Source of the DNA: a phage
Reading direction: 5' to 3' (one strand)
Length of the DNA stretch: 64,000 nt
Sequence record: NC_101842.1
The stretch's first letter is position 1. Each line of letters starts with the position of its first letter. Positions 45,887-54,925 of this stretch are shown here, one piece after another. Under the pieces are notes generated by a model. That model did no database searches. It was not told the DNA's origin and saw only the letters and a list, made by a program, of their open reading frames with translations. The translations under genes and the position numbers were made by a program.

Positions 45887-45961
45887 GCCCTGTTAGCTTA
45901 GTGGATAAAGCAGCGGCCTTCTAAGCCGTTGACACTGGTTCGAGTCCAGTACGGGGTGCCA
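45887..45961 (+). tRNA. tRNA-Arg (anticodon TCT)
   Basis: hand-folded cloverleaf: acceptor gccctgt/acggggt, anticodon loop cttctaa, T-loop ttcgagt, encoded CCA. Confidence 0.7.
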
Positions 45962-45965
45962 AATT

Positions 45966-46052
45966 GGGGAGTTATCCCGTAGGGGTAGCGGTGTAGACTG
46001 TAAATCTATTGTCATTGCGACTCGGGTGGTTCGACTCCACCACTCCCCACCA
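45966..46052 (+). tRNA. tRNA-Tyr (anticodon GTA), long variable arm
   Basis: acceptor ggggagt/actcccc, anticodon loop ctgtaaa, T-loop ttcgact, encoded CCA. Confidence 0.75.
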
Positions 46053-46166
46053 AATTTATAGTTTTAAATGCATAAATCATACAGATAATGGCATTGATAT
46101 TTATCGTCGTTTATACTAGTCACTAACTGCTCGAAAATCAGTGTCATTATTAGTATTGTTTATAAA

Positions 46167-46257
46167 TGAGGGTAGGGAGCAATGGTGCTCAAGCGGTCTT
46201 GAAAACCGTCCCGTTGAGGATGACTTGATGATGGTTCGATTCCATTACCCTCAGCCA
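46167..46257 (+). tRNA. tRNA-Ser (anticodon TGA), long variable arm
   Basis: acceptor tgagggt/accctca, 3-bp D stem, anticodon loop cttgaaa, T-loop ttcgatt, discriminator G, encoded CCA. Confidence 0.65.
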
Positions 46258-46355
46258 TATTGTTGACCTTGTAATTAAGCGAAAGCCGGAAGCAGAACCG
46301 GATTATCAAATGTTACAGTCGTCATCGCCGACTAGCAACATGGTCAACATACTGA

Positions 46356-46452
46356 GCTAGGTAAGCCCTTTGGCAAGGGCGAGGATTTTTAATCCTGAAA
46401 ATAGACGAGGTAGTCGTTGAATACATAGGTGGTTCGATTCCATCACCTAGCA
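46356..46452 (+). tRNA. atypical tRNA-like element (97 nt)
   Basis: perfect 7-bp acceptor gctaggt/acctagc, canonical T-arm, D-arm-like hairpin, but irregular anticodon arm and about 29-nt variable region; no CCA. Confidence 0.4.
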
Positions 46453-46459
46453 CCTTTTT

Positions 46460-46535
46460 GCTGATGTAGCACAATTGGTAGTGCAATTGATTTGTAATCA
46501 ATAGGTTGCAGGTTCAAGTCCTGCCATCAGCACCA
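46460..46535 (+). tRNA. tRNA-Thr (anticodon TGT)
   Basis: acceptor gctgatg/catcagc, anticodon loop tttgtaa, T-loop ttcaagt, encoded CCA. Confidence 0.75.
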
Positions 46536-46536
46536 T

Positions 46537-46611
46537 GGCCCTGTAGCTGGAAGGTTCAAGCAAGCGACTCATAATCGCCAGACGGTGGTTCAATTCCACC
46601 CAGGGCCACCA
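46537..46611 (+). tRNA. tRNA-Met or tRNA-Ile2 (anticodon CAT), elongator type
   Basis: acceptor ggccctg/cagggcc with G1-C72, anticodon loop ctcataa, T-loop ttcaatt, encoded CCA. Confidence 0.65.
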
Positions 46612-46622
46612 AATAATAAATA

Positions 46623-46699
46623 CTCCGCGTAGCTCAGCTTGGTAGAGCGCCTGATTTGGGATCAGGAGGTCGAGTGTTCGAATCACTCCGTGGAGACCA
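46623..46699 (+). tRNA. tRNA-Pro (anticodon TGG)
   Basis: C1-G72 start, D-loop agcttggta, anticodon loop tttggga, T-loop ttcgaat, encoded CCA. Confidence 0.75.
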
Positions 46700-46745
46700 C
46701 TTTCAGTTATACTTTAAACATATACAAACAAAAGGAACCTTTAAA

Positions 46746-47015
46746 ATGTATACACTTAAAATTGTAGAGCGTGTAAATCCAACCCATACCGTAGATTTTC
46801 GTGACGATTTCAATCCTCTGGCTGTAAATCTTCGAGAGTCATATCATGAACTCAGCTGCGATGCAGTGGTGGTCTTTTTTGAAGACAACTCTGAAGGGGC
46901 GGTAGCTTGTGTTGTTGATAGTGAGCAGAAGTTTTATATTTACAGAGATGTAGATGCATACTTGATGAATGAAAATGCAGTTACTGTTAGAATCATCCAC
47001 CGAGTGCCTCGATAA
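46746..47015 (+). CDS. hypothetical protein (89 aa, start refined after tRNA-Pro)
   Basis: listed ORF start overlaps tRNA-Pro; internal ATG has aaggaa RBS. Confidence 0.45.
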   Translation: MYTLKIVERVNPTHTVDFRDDFNPLAVNLRESYHELSCDAVVVFFEDNSEGAVACVVDSEQKFYIYRDVDAYLMNENAVTVRIIHRVPR

Positions 47016-47071
47016 GTATTAGTCTCCTTTTAGTTAGTTTCGATCTATTTAGGTTACTCAATTTTAACCCG

Positions 47072-47103
47072 CCCCGTTAGCTGTATAGCTGCGGGGTTTT
47101 TTC
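47072..47103 (+). terminator. rho-independent terminator (ccccg...cgggg + TTTTTT)
   Basis: GC stem enclosing inner agct/agct palindrome, then T6. Confidence 0.65.
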
Positions 47104-47120
47104 GTTTCTGGAGCCTTAAA

Positions 47121-47519
47121 ATGATTTCAGTTTTAACATGGCTGAGCAGGTATAGAGGGATCATAAAAGGTTTAGTTTTTGCAGCTGCGATAGGTACAGC
47201 TTATCTTGGGGCCGTGTATTGGTTTAACTCTAAGCTTAATGATGCCTACCAAGAAGGTGTGTCAGCAACAGAGTTAAAGTGGGAACGGATCCTTGATCAG
47301 CAACAAAAGCAGGCCGACAAAATTAAAATGGGCCACGCAGAGGAGGTTAAAAACCTTGAAAAATCCCTTTCTGATCTACAGGATAAATTAAATATGGCTG
47401 AGAAGGCAGGTAAAGAAAAGCAGATTATTTACCTCCAGTCACCTGAGGGTAAGAAGTCAACACTCCCTGATCAGCTTATAGATATTTATAATGAGAGTAT
47501 TAATCAGGAGGGTAGATGA
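47121..47519 (+). CDS. i-spanin-like protein (N-terminal TMD plus coiled coil)
   Basis: TM helix GLVFAAAIGTAYLGAVYWF then charged helical region; ATGA overlap with next gene. Confidence 0.55.
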   Translation: MISVLTWLSRYRGIIKGLVFAAAIGTAYLGAVYWFNSKLNDAYQEGVSATELKWERILDQQQKQADKIKMGHAEEVKNLEKSLSDLQDKLNMAEKAGKEKQIIYLQSPEGKKSTLPDQLIDIYNESINQEGR

Positions 47520-47803
47520 GAGTTGCTACACTGTTTATTGTGTGCTTGTTATTATGTGGGTGTGCAACCAGCGTTGAGAGAGAATACAAGATTGACCCTC
47601 CGGATGTAGGAAGGTTGATTGTTAAACCCCCGGAAGGTGCCATGAAACCACCTGCTAAAGCTATGCCTTTGAAGAAAGGTGCGCCAGATGCAGTGAATTC
47701 TGGCATTATGAGGGATAATAATCTGTCTTGTAGCAATGATAGAGCTAAATTGATCATTTTGCAAGACTATATTAGAACACTGTTTCCAAAGGAGAGAGGT
47801 TAA
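47516..47803 (+). CDS. o-spanin-like outer-membrane lipoprotein (Pro-rich)
   Basis: signal with LLLCGC lipobox-like site, Pro-rich mature region. Confidence 0.55.
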   Translation: MRVATLFIVCLLLCGCATSVEREYKIDPPDVGRLIVKPPEGAMKPPAKAMPLKKGAPDAVNSGIMRDNNLSCSNDRAKLIILQDYIRTLFPKERG

Positions 47804-49350
47804 TGTCTAAGATTTACGGACCGTGTTCTGAAAAGCAGAAGATGATCCTAGAAAACGATGCAGATATTTTGGTAATCGGCGGTGCCGCAGGGTCTGGCAA
47901 GTCGTTCCTCTTGCAGTTGATGCCACTTAAAATTATTGATGACCCCCACAGCTCTGTGGTTATGTTCCGAAGAACAACCCCACAGTTGGAAGGTGAGGGT
48001 GGACTATGGCCTAAAGCAGTAGCTATTTATAGTGATCTGCCTGAAAACATTAAGCCAAAGTTCAGAGAGAAGGATCATAAGTTCATTTTTCCACGGTTTG
48101 ATCCGAACACTGGTAAGTGGGATAGAAGCAAAAAGGGAGCTGTTGTAAAATACTGCCATATGGAGTATGTACAAGATAAGCTTAACCATCAGGGGCTTGA
48201 GTACACCATGGTTTGCTTCGATGAGGGCACGCAGTTCGAATGGGAGCAGATAGACTATCTGATGTCTCGTCTGCGATCTCAGTCAAAGTATCCATCAAGA
48301 ATGGTTATCAGCTGTAACCCCGATTCAGAACACATGCTTGCCAAACTGGTTAGATGGTGGTTGGACGATGAAGGGTATCCAGATCCGGAGAAATGCGGTA
48401 AGAAAAGATATTTTATCCGACGCGACGGTGAATTTATCTGGGGAGACTCTAAAGAAGAGTTGATAGAGAAATACACCACGGTTAACGGACTTGGCGTAGA
48501 GATCAAGCCAAGACCGTTGTCATTCTCGTTCATAGGCGCAACAATATTCGATAATCCTGTCTGTTTGAGAGACAACCCAGAATACCTTGCTTTCCTCGAA
48601 GGTCTACCAGAGCTGGAAAAAGCTCAGCTTCTCCATGGTAACTGGTTTGCAAAGCCTGAGGGTGCAAACTATTTTCAAAGATCTTTCCTTCGTGATGCCG
48701 ATAGAGTACCTCTTGGGTCAGTATCTTGCAGGGCATGGGATAAGGCAGGAACCGAGAGAACTTCCGGTAATAAATTTCCTGACTTTACTGCCAGTATTAA
48801 GGTAAGTAAAGATAGCGACGGCTTTTATTACCTGTCCGGTGATTATTGTCCTGAGAACGTGGATGACGGGAGGTATTCCACAGGTCTGGAAGGCAAGTTC
48901 TGTAAAAAGGCTGGTGAACGAGATGTGATCATCAGGAAACAGGCGCAGTTCGATGGTGATGATTGCATAATCGTCTTCTCTGTGGACCCAGGGCAGGCAG
49001 GTAAGAGTGAGTTCTTAACCTCCTCCAGATCCTTGCTTGCCGAAGGGTTCAGGGTTGAAGAAGACCCAATGCCTTCCAACAAGTCTAAACTGACAAGGTT
49101 CTCACCTTTTGCCAATCTTGCCCAACAAGGAATGGTGAGGATTGTAAAATCCAGTTTCCATCCTGATACTCTGGAAGCATTTCTGACTGAACTTGAAAAA
49201 TTCAACGGGGAAAGATCAACATTTAACAGAAAAGACGACTGGGCCGACTGTGTAGCTTCTGCGATTAATTTCCTAGAGAAAGAGGAGGTAGCACTTCCTT
49301 GTGTGATTCCATCAATCTCATCACCTTCTATGTTCAAGCGTTTTATCTAA
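47803..49350 (+). CDS. terminase large subunit
   Basis: Walker A GGAAGSGKS near N-terminus, 515 aa, directly upstream of portal. Confidence 0.8.
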   Translation: MSKIYGPCSEKQKMILENDADILVIGGAAGSGKSFLLQLMPLKIIDDPHSSVVMFRRTTPQLEGEGGLWPKAVAIYSDLPENIKPKFREKDHKFIFPRFDPNTGKWDRSKKGAVVKYCHMEYVQDKLNHQGLEYTMVCFDEGTQFEWEQIDYLMSRLRSQSKYPSRMVISCNPDSEHMLAKLVRWWLDDEGYPDPEKCGKKRYFIRRDGEFIWGDSKEELIEKYTTVNGLGVEIKPRPLSFSFIGATIFDNPVCLRDNPEYLAFLEGLPELEKAQLLHGNWFAKPEGANYFQRSFLRDADRVPLGSVSCRAWDKAGTERTSGNKFPDFTASIKVSKDSDGFYYLSGDYCPENVDDGRYSTGLEGKFCKKAGERDVIIRKQAQFDGDDCIIVFSVDPGQAGKSEFLTSSRSLLAEGFRVEEDPMPSNKSKLTRFSPFANLAQQGMVRIVKSSFHPDTLEAFLTELEKFNGERSTFNRKDDWADCVASAINFLEKEEVALPCVIPSISSPSMFKRFI

Positions 49351-49353
49351 GTG

Positions 49354-49382
49354 TTGCCAATCTTAATTAGATGTGGTACAAT
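49354..49382 (+). promoter_or_regulatory. promoter candidate TTGCCA-17-TACAAT
   Basis: between terminase and portal; followed by hairpin agccctc/gagggct with T-run at about 49399-49424. Confidence 0.4.
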
Positions 49383-49450
49383 AAAGTAATTGGAGATACT
49401 AGCCCTCTGACGAGGGCTATTTTGTTATACTGTTTTGAGGGGTAAAGCTT

Positions 49451-51007
49451 GTGTCCAAAAAGAACCGCAGGAAACACAACGCCACAGCCAAAACTGTGAA
49501 TAAATCTGGGAACGCAGGCGCACCAACTCATAATGTTCGTATGAGTGAGATCGGTTCTGGCGCACTTTCCCAAATTATGGCAGAATCGCAATCTATGATG
49601 GTTGAGGAATTGCGTTGGCCTCAGCTGATTGCCACAGTGGAGACTATGAAATGTGATTCCACAGTTGCTACTGCCTTAGATACAAAATATGTTTTCATCA
49701 CGAAAGCATTCAATGATTTTAAGATCCTTTATAATGTTAAAAGTGAAGACTCTAAGAAAGCTGCCGAGCTTATAGAGTATTCTTTGCGTAATTTGGCAAA
49801 CCAACAAACTCTTCGAGATATTGCAAGAAGCGCAGCTACCTTTAACGAGTATGGTTTTTCACTGTTTGAGAAAGTATACCGCAGAGAGAAAGAAGGTAAA
49901 TATGCCGGGATGCTTCTTATCGATAAAATTGCATTCCGACCTCAGGCCAGCCTGTCCAGATCAGAGCCGTTTGTTTTTGATAAGAATAGCAGAACACTGA
50001 CAGGTATTTATCAGTCACCTAATGCATTTCTAAACACTCAGAATGCACGCTGGGCTGGACCTCTTGCTGCAATGCCTTCAAAAGGCTTTAATGAGCCTGA
50101 AATTTTCATCCCTGCTAAAAAGCTTATGCTCATGACCCTGTCAGGAACAGAATCTAACCCTGCAGGTGTGTCACCTATGATAGGTTGCTACAGATCTTTC
50201 CGTGAGAAAGTTCTGATTGAAAACCTTGAGGTTGTTGGCTGTTCCAAAGACCTTGGTGGTGTGCTTGAGCTGAAAATTCCTTCCAATATTTTGAACAAGG
50301 CCAGCATTGACCCGAATTCAATGGAAGGGAGAATGGTTGCAGACCTTATGCTTGACGCAGCAAACGCCCATAGTGGTGAGCAAAGTTTCTTTATACTTCC
50401 GTCTGATAGAGATAAGTCTGGTAAAGAGCTTTACTCCATGACCCTGAAGGGGGTTGACGGTATGGGTAAGCAGTATTCCACTAAAGATTTGATTGATGCC
50501 CGTAAGAAGGCGATTCTTGACCGTTTCGGTGCTGGCTTTATTAACCTCGGTAACGATAACGTTGGATCCTTCTCTCTGTCTGAGTCAAAACAGTCTATCC
50601 ATGGTCATTTTGTTCAGCGTGATATAGATATTATCACTGAAGCCTTCAATAAGGATCTTATTCCACAGCTTCTGGCATTGAATGGTATCATCCTTGAAGA
50701 TGATGATATGCCTAAACTGAAACCTGGTCTGATTGAAGAAGTGGATATGGAGAGCTTCTCCAAGTTTGTCCAGAGGATCGGTGCTGTAGGTTACTTGCCA
50801 AAAACTCCTGCAGTAATTAATAAGATTCTTGAAGTAGGCGGGTTTGATGAAAGATTTGACGAGGACATGGATCAGGAAGAGCTGATGAAGCTCTTGGGCC
50901 AGGACATCAGTAGAGCTGGTGATGGAATGGCTGCAGGATCCACTGGCAACGGCACTTCTAAGATATCATCAACCAGAGATAATTCCATATCCAACATGGA
51001 AAATTAA
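49451..51007 (+). CDS. portal protein (putative; GTG start)
   Basis: 518 aa immediately after large terminase, acidic C-terminus; assignment by synteny and size. Confidence 0.55.
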   Translation: MSKKNRRKHNATAKTVNKSGNAGAPTHNVRMSEIGSGALSQIMAESQSMMVEELRWPQLIATVETMKCDSTVATALDTKYVFITKAFNDFKILYNVKSEDSKKAAELIEYSLRNLANQQTLRDIARSAATFNEYGFSLFEKVYRREKEGKYAGMLLIDKIAFRPQASLSRSEPFVFDKNSRTLTGIYQSPNAFLNTQNARWAGPLAAMPSKGFNEPEIFIPAKKLMLMTLSGTESNPAGVSPMIGCYRSFREKVLIENLEVVGCSKDLGGVLELKIPSNILNKASIDPNSMEGRMVADLMLDAANAHSGEQSFFILPSDRDKSGKELYSMTLKGVDGMGKQYSTKDLIDARKKAILDRFGAGFINLGNDNVGSFSLSESKQSIHGHFVQRDIDIITEAFNKDLIPQLLALNGIILEDDDMPKLKPGLIEEVDMESFSKFVQRIGAVGYLPKTPAVINKILEVGGFDERFDEDMDQEELMKLLGQDISRAGDGMAAGSTGNGTSKISSTRDNSISNMEN

Positions 51008-51074
51008 AAATTATCAACACAGGGGGTTGCAAAACCTCCTTTGGCGTGATAAAATAATCCACATGGGGAATAAG

Positions 51075-51494
51075 ATGCCACAGGAAGAAATGATTTCCTA
51101 CGAAATCATCTACGAGCCTGACACTAAAGATGCTCACGGTGAGTGGATGAGTAAAGACACCATCAAAAAGGCTAAAGATAACTGGGACGCAGCATACGCT
51201 GCAGGCCTAGTTTCTGAAAACCTTTTCCACTTGACCTCTACAGATGCTTTCACTATTGAAAAGACGTGGATTCAAGAAGAGTTTGATGTTGTAGTAATTG
51301 GCACTGAGCAGGTCATCAAGGCTGGCTCTTGGGTTGCTAAAGTTAAATACAATAATCCTGAATTATGGGAAGCTAAGAAGGCTGGCATTGTTGGTGGCCT
51401 AAGCATTCAGGCAACAGGTAATGTTGATGAAGAAACTGGTGAAATTACCAACGTAAACTTCGGGATCAGTGTTGTAGAAGAGGGCAATGAATAA
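51075..51494 (+). CDS. hypothetical head-module protein (about 139 aa; start uncertain, 51063 also possible)
   Basis: ORF between portal and scaffold; no protease motifs recognised. Confidence 0.4.
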   Translation: MPQEEMISYEIIYEPDTKDAHGEWMSKDTIKKAKDNWDAAYAAGLVSENLFHLTSTDAFTIEKTWIQEEFDVVVIGTEQVIKAGSWVAKVKYNNPELWEAKKAGIVGGLSIQATGNVDEETGEITNVNFGISVVEEGNE

Positions 51495-52471
51495 TGTCTG
51501 AAAAAACGATTACTATTAAAGAGAAGGGGATTGCCCTGTGCCATAAGGCGCAAGGCTATAGCGCTAACAACAGACCTGTATCTCTTTTGATGAAGAGTGA
51601 TCTTAAGCCTGAGCAGTTAACAGACGATATTGTTAAGGCACTTCGCCAAGTTACTGTGGAGCTTAGTTTTGAAGAATACCTGCGTCGTTTCTTCGATATG
51701 TGGTATGATGATGCTAAAGCACTTGCACACATGCTTGGTTTTGAGATTGAAGAGGAGGCTTGGGCTAAAGAGCATCCTGATTGGGAATGGGCGCAAGCTG
51801 ACGCAGAGTCTTGTATTGCATGGCTGGAAGAGCGTTGTGATAACGTGACCATTCATAAGGCTGCAAAAGAAGGCAAGCAGCTTAGTGTAGTAGATCAGTA
51901 CAGCCTGTTAAAAACACAACAGATTTTTGAACAAGTAACCGCTGATCTCTTCGATAAAGAAGGGAACCTGATCAAGGCGGTACAGGAACCTGCTGAGGTG
52001 GATAAAACTACCGAGGTGGATGATGTTGCAAAATCCGCAAATACCGAGGAGAATCCGGTGGACGTAACCAAAACTAAAGAGTATCTGGATCTGCTGAAGC
52101 AAGTAGAAGAGCTGAAAGCAACCCAGAGTAAAGCTGAAGAAATCATCAAGGCCCAGGTTGAAGTTGAAAAAGCTAAAATGCTGACTAAGGCTCAAGCTTT
52201 AAGCTTTGTTGGTGAAGAAGATCATGCAACCCTGGTTGACTTCATGCTGGAAAAAGCTAACGAACCTATCGTAGCTATGCTGGAGAAAGCTCAAGCAAAA
52301 ATTGAAGAGCTGGAAGCAGAGGTGCATAAAACCAAAGAAGAGTTTGCCACCACTGAACATGGTAATGATGGCGAACCTGTTGTGGATGATATTGCAAAAT
52401 CCGCAGAAGAAATTCTTGCTGAAAACGTTGCAAAAGCACTTGCTCGTGCACGTGCAGAATCTACCAAATAA
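51494..52471 (+). CDS. capsid scaffolding protein (putative)
   Basis: acidic, helical, E/K/A-rich with repeated VDD(V/I)AKSA motif; between portal and major capsid. Confidence 0.55.
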   Translation: MSEKTITIKEKGIALCHKAQGYSANNRPVSLLMKSDLKPEQLTDDIVKALRQVTVELSFEEYLRRFFDMWYDDAKALAHMLGFEIEEEAWAKEHPDWEWAQADAESCIAWLEERCDNVTIHKAAKEGKQLSVVDQYSLLKTQQIFEQVTADLFDKEGNLIKAVQEPAEVDKTTEVDDVAKSANTEENPVDVTKTKEYLDLLKQVEELKATQSKAEEIIKAQVEVEKAKMLTKAQALSFVGEEDHATLVDFMLEKANEPIVAMLEKAQAKIEELEAEVHKTKEEFATTEHGNDGEPVVDDIAKSAEEILAENVAKALARARAESTK

Positions 52472-52491
52472 GACATTAACGGGGGAAATAA

Positions 52492-52881
52492 ATGATTACC
52501 GCTCAATATTCTGATATCGTGCTCGGCAAAGTTGATTCTAGCGATGCTGGCTACAATTTTAAAGAGATGGAAATTACACTGACAGAGCACCATCATGCTG
52601 GCACGGTAGTGACAAAAGATGGTAGCATTGCCAATCAGGACGGTTCAGACGCATATGGCGTTCTGGTGGATCGTGCTTTAATTCCAGACTCTGCTGGTAA
52701 AGTACATATCGCTGAACCTCTTGGCACAAAGAAATATAAACTGGTTGTTGCTGTGCGTGGTGTTACTTTTGCCAAGGATAAATTACTGGCAACTGGTGGC
52801 GCTAAAGCAGCACAGGCTGTGTTAGACAAGCTTGAGGCTCTGGGTAACAAGGTTCAAGTCCAGACCCTTGGTGATGAGTAA
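52492..52881 (+). CDS. hypothetical capsid-associated protein (possible decoration protein)
   Basis: 129 aa directly upstream of major capsid gene. Confidence 0.35.
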   Translation: MITAQYSDIVLGKVDSSDAGYNFKEMEITLTEHHHAGTVVTKDGSIANQDGSDAYGVLVDRALIPDSAGKVHIAEPLGTKKYKLVVAVRGVTFAKDKLLATGGAKAAQAVLDKLEALGNKVQVQTLGDE

Positions 52882-52929
52882 GCCCTAAATTGTTCGGGAA
52901 AATATTTAAGTTTTACTTTGGAGAAATAA

Positions 52930-53940
52930 ATGATTACTCGTAAAGATGAATTCGGCATTGTTGATTTAGGTGCTACTCTGGACCTTGTTCCTCGCCAATT
53001 CCGACCGATTACCGGTATGGATCTGTTCGAAACCCGTCTCGGCACCTCAACGATTGCTCAGATCGAGCGTGTTGATGAAGTTGTAACCGACATTCCGGCA
53101 CGCCGTCGTGGTGGTGAGCGTAACTACGTTGGTAGTGAACGTGCTCAGGTTAAAAACCTGAACATCCCGTTCTTCCCTCTGGACAAAGGCATCACTGCCG
53201 CAGATGTTCAGAACTTCCGTCGTTACTTCACCCCTGATGCTCCGAAAACTGTTCAGGACGTAGTAACCCGCGTTGTTCGCCGTATCCGTGTTTCTCATGA
53301 AGCACTGCGTGAGAAAGCGCTGTTCCAGGCTATTCTGGGTAAATCCTATGCACCTGGTGACACCACTTGTCAGTATGATTACTACACTCTGTGGGGTGTG
53401 TCTCAGAAATCTGTTGAAATTGATCCTGCAAAAGCAGATCAGGATCCTATGGAGGTTCTGGAAGAAGCTCGTCTGCACATCGCGCTGCAGGCTGGCGATA
53501 ACGCAGCTGGCTATCGCATCGTAGCCCTGTGCTCACCAGAGTTCTTCAGTGCTATTACCCATCACCCGCTGGTAGAACTGGCATACACCTATTATGGCTC
53601 TGCTCAGGAACCTCTGCGTCGCCGTCTGGGTGCTGGCGGTCAAGACAGCGTATACCGTGTGTTTGAGCATAAAGGTATCACCTTTATCGAAGATATCTCT
53701 GGCAATATTCCGAAGAAAGAAGCTCGCATTCTGCCGATGGGTATTGATCAGATGTTCCAGCTGCACTTTGCTCCGGCAGACGATGTTAACGAAGCAAACA
53801 CTCCAGCACAGGAACTGTACATGTGGTATAAACACTCTGCATACCTGCGTGAAGAGAAGATCGAATCTGAAACTTCTATGCTGGCAGTTAACACCCGTCC
53901 AGAGCTGGTTGTTAAAGTAACTCTGAAAAACGGTGACTAA
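52930..53940 (+). CDS. major capsid protein (putative)
   Basis: 336 aa after scaffold, strong terminator downstream, codon usage shifted relative to early genes. Confidence 0.65.
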   Translation: MITRKDEFGIVDLGATLDLVPRQFRPITGMDLFETRLGTSTIAQIERVDEVVTDIPARRRGGERNYVGSERAQVKNLNIPFFPLDKGITAADVQNFRRYFTPDAPKTVQDVVTRVVRRIRVSHEALREKALFQAILGKSYAPGDTTCQYDYYTLWGVSQKSVEIDPAKADQDPMEVLEEARLHIALQAGDNAAGYRIVALCSPEFFSAITHHPLVELAYTYYGSAQEPLRRRLGAGGQDSVYRVFEHKGITFIEDISGNIPKKEARILPMGIDQMFQLHFAPADDVNEANTPAQELYMWYKHSAYLREEKIESETSMLAVNTRPELVVKVTLKNGD

Positions 53941-53964
53941 TCACTAAGGTGATTCATCCCATAC

Positions 53965-53995
53965 GGGGAGGGGGTTCTCCCCTCCCCTTTTTATT
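53965..53995 (+). terminator. strong rho-independent terminator (ggggaggggg-ttct-cccctcccc + T-run)
   Basis: about 9-bp GC stem, tetraloop, T-rich tail after capsid gene. Confidence 0.8.
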
Positions 53996-54020
53996 TATTA
54001 GGGCTTAACAGGAGTGTCCC

Positions 54021-54866
54021 GTGAAGAGAGCTGTATATCCAGTTGAGTATGATCCTCTATTAAGAGTTTTCAACAATCAGTTAAGTTTTTATCAATTTTT
54101 AGCACAATATAACCCAGAAATCAATGTTGGTTTATCAGCCCTGCTGCCACCAACAGAATTCGTTATTGGCAGTGTTCACTATCCATGCAGAACGATTGTA
54201 GACTTCTTCGAGAAGATTGCAAAACATACAGGTCTGCCAATTGATACTGGTATTTCAACTATCCGTATGGGTGTTATTCTTCTGTTCTTCACAGAGAACC
54301 TTGATGAAAGCACTTTAACACTGCAAAGCGGGGATGTCAATATCACCCTCACCCCGTCAGTGTTTAAAGAGGTAGATGCTGCTTTCCAAGTTTCCGTGGC
54401 AGAGGGGCATCTATGGGACCCTGTAGGGATGCCTAAAAAAGTGACCATAAACGATGAGCAATGCAACATTGTTTATGAAGAAGATACCCAAACTTTCACC
54501 ATTGAGTGGCCTAAGAAACGTTCTCAGGTTGTAAATCTTGGACTGGTTTCTACGATAGCTCCACCGCCTGAACCGGAACCGGAGCCGCCTGTAGGTCCTA
54601 CTGAACCTGGTGGTGACGGTGAAGAATCCCCAGATCCGGCTGCACCGGGAGGCACTGAGCAGGATCCTGAACAGGCACAAGAATCAAGATCTTCTCGCAG
54701 TGATATTGATGCTATACTACAGCATGCCGCAGCTCTTAACAACGAAGATGACAAAAGTGGTTCAAAAGATGCACTTCAAGCCTTCGCTAAAGAGTACGGT
54801 GTTACCTTAAGTAAGGCAAAAACTTTCCAAAATATGATGAAAGATTTTGAGGCTGCACTGGCATAA
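54021..54866 (+). CDS. hypothetical structural protein with Pro/Glu-rich linker (GTG start)
   Basis: PPPEPEPEPPVGPTEPGG linker between two domains. Confidence 0.45.
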   Translation: MKRAVYPVEYDPLLRVFNNQLSFYQFLAQYNPEINVGLSALLPPTEFVIGSVHYPCRTIVDFFEKIAKHTGLPIDTGISTIRMGVILLFFTENLDESTLTLQSGDVNITLTPSVFKEVDAAFQVSVAEGHLWDPVGMPKKVTINDEQCNIVYEEDTQTFTIEWPKKRSQVVNLGLVSTIAPPPEPEPEPPVGPTEPGGDGEESPDPAAPGGTEQDPEQAQESRSSRSDIDAILQHAAALNNEDDKSGSKDALQAFAKEYGVTLSKAKTFQNMMKDFEAALA

Positions 54867-54875
54867 TTTTGTTAA

Positions 54876-54910
54876 GGCCCCTTCCAAATCAGGAATGGGG
54901 CTTTATTTTT
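54876..54910 (+). terminator. rho-independent terminator (gcccc...ggggc + T-run)
   Basis: hairpin then ctttattttt. Confidence 0.55.
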
Positions 54911-54925
54911 ACGAGGTATTTTCAA

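Noticed and set aside
53047-53835. Minus-strand ORFs antisense to the major capsid gene
   Set aside because: Shadow frames within a highly expressed gene with biased codon usage.
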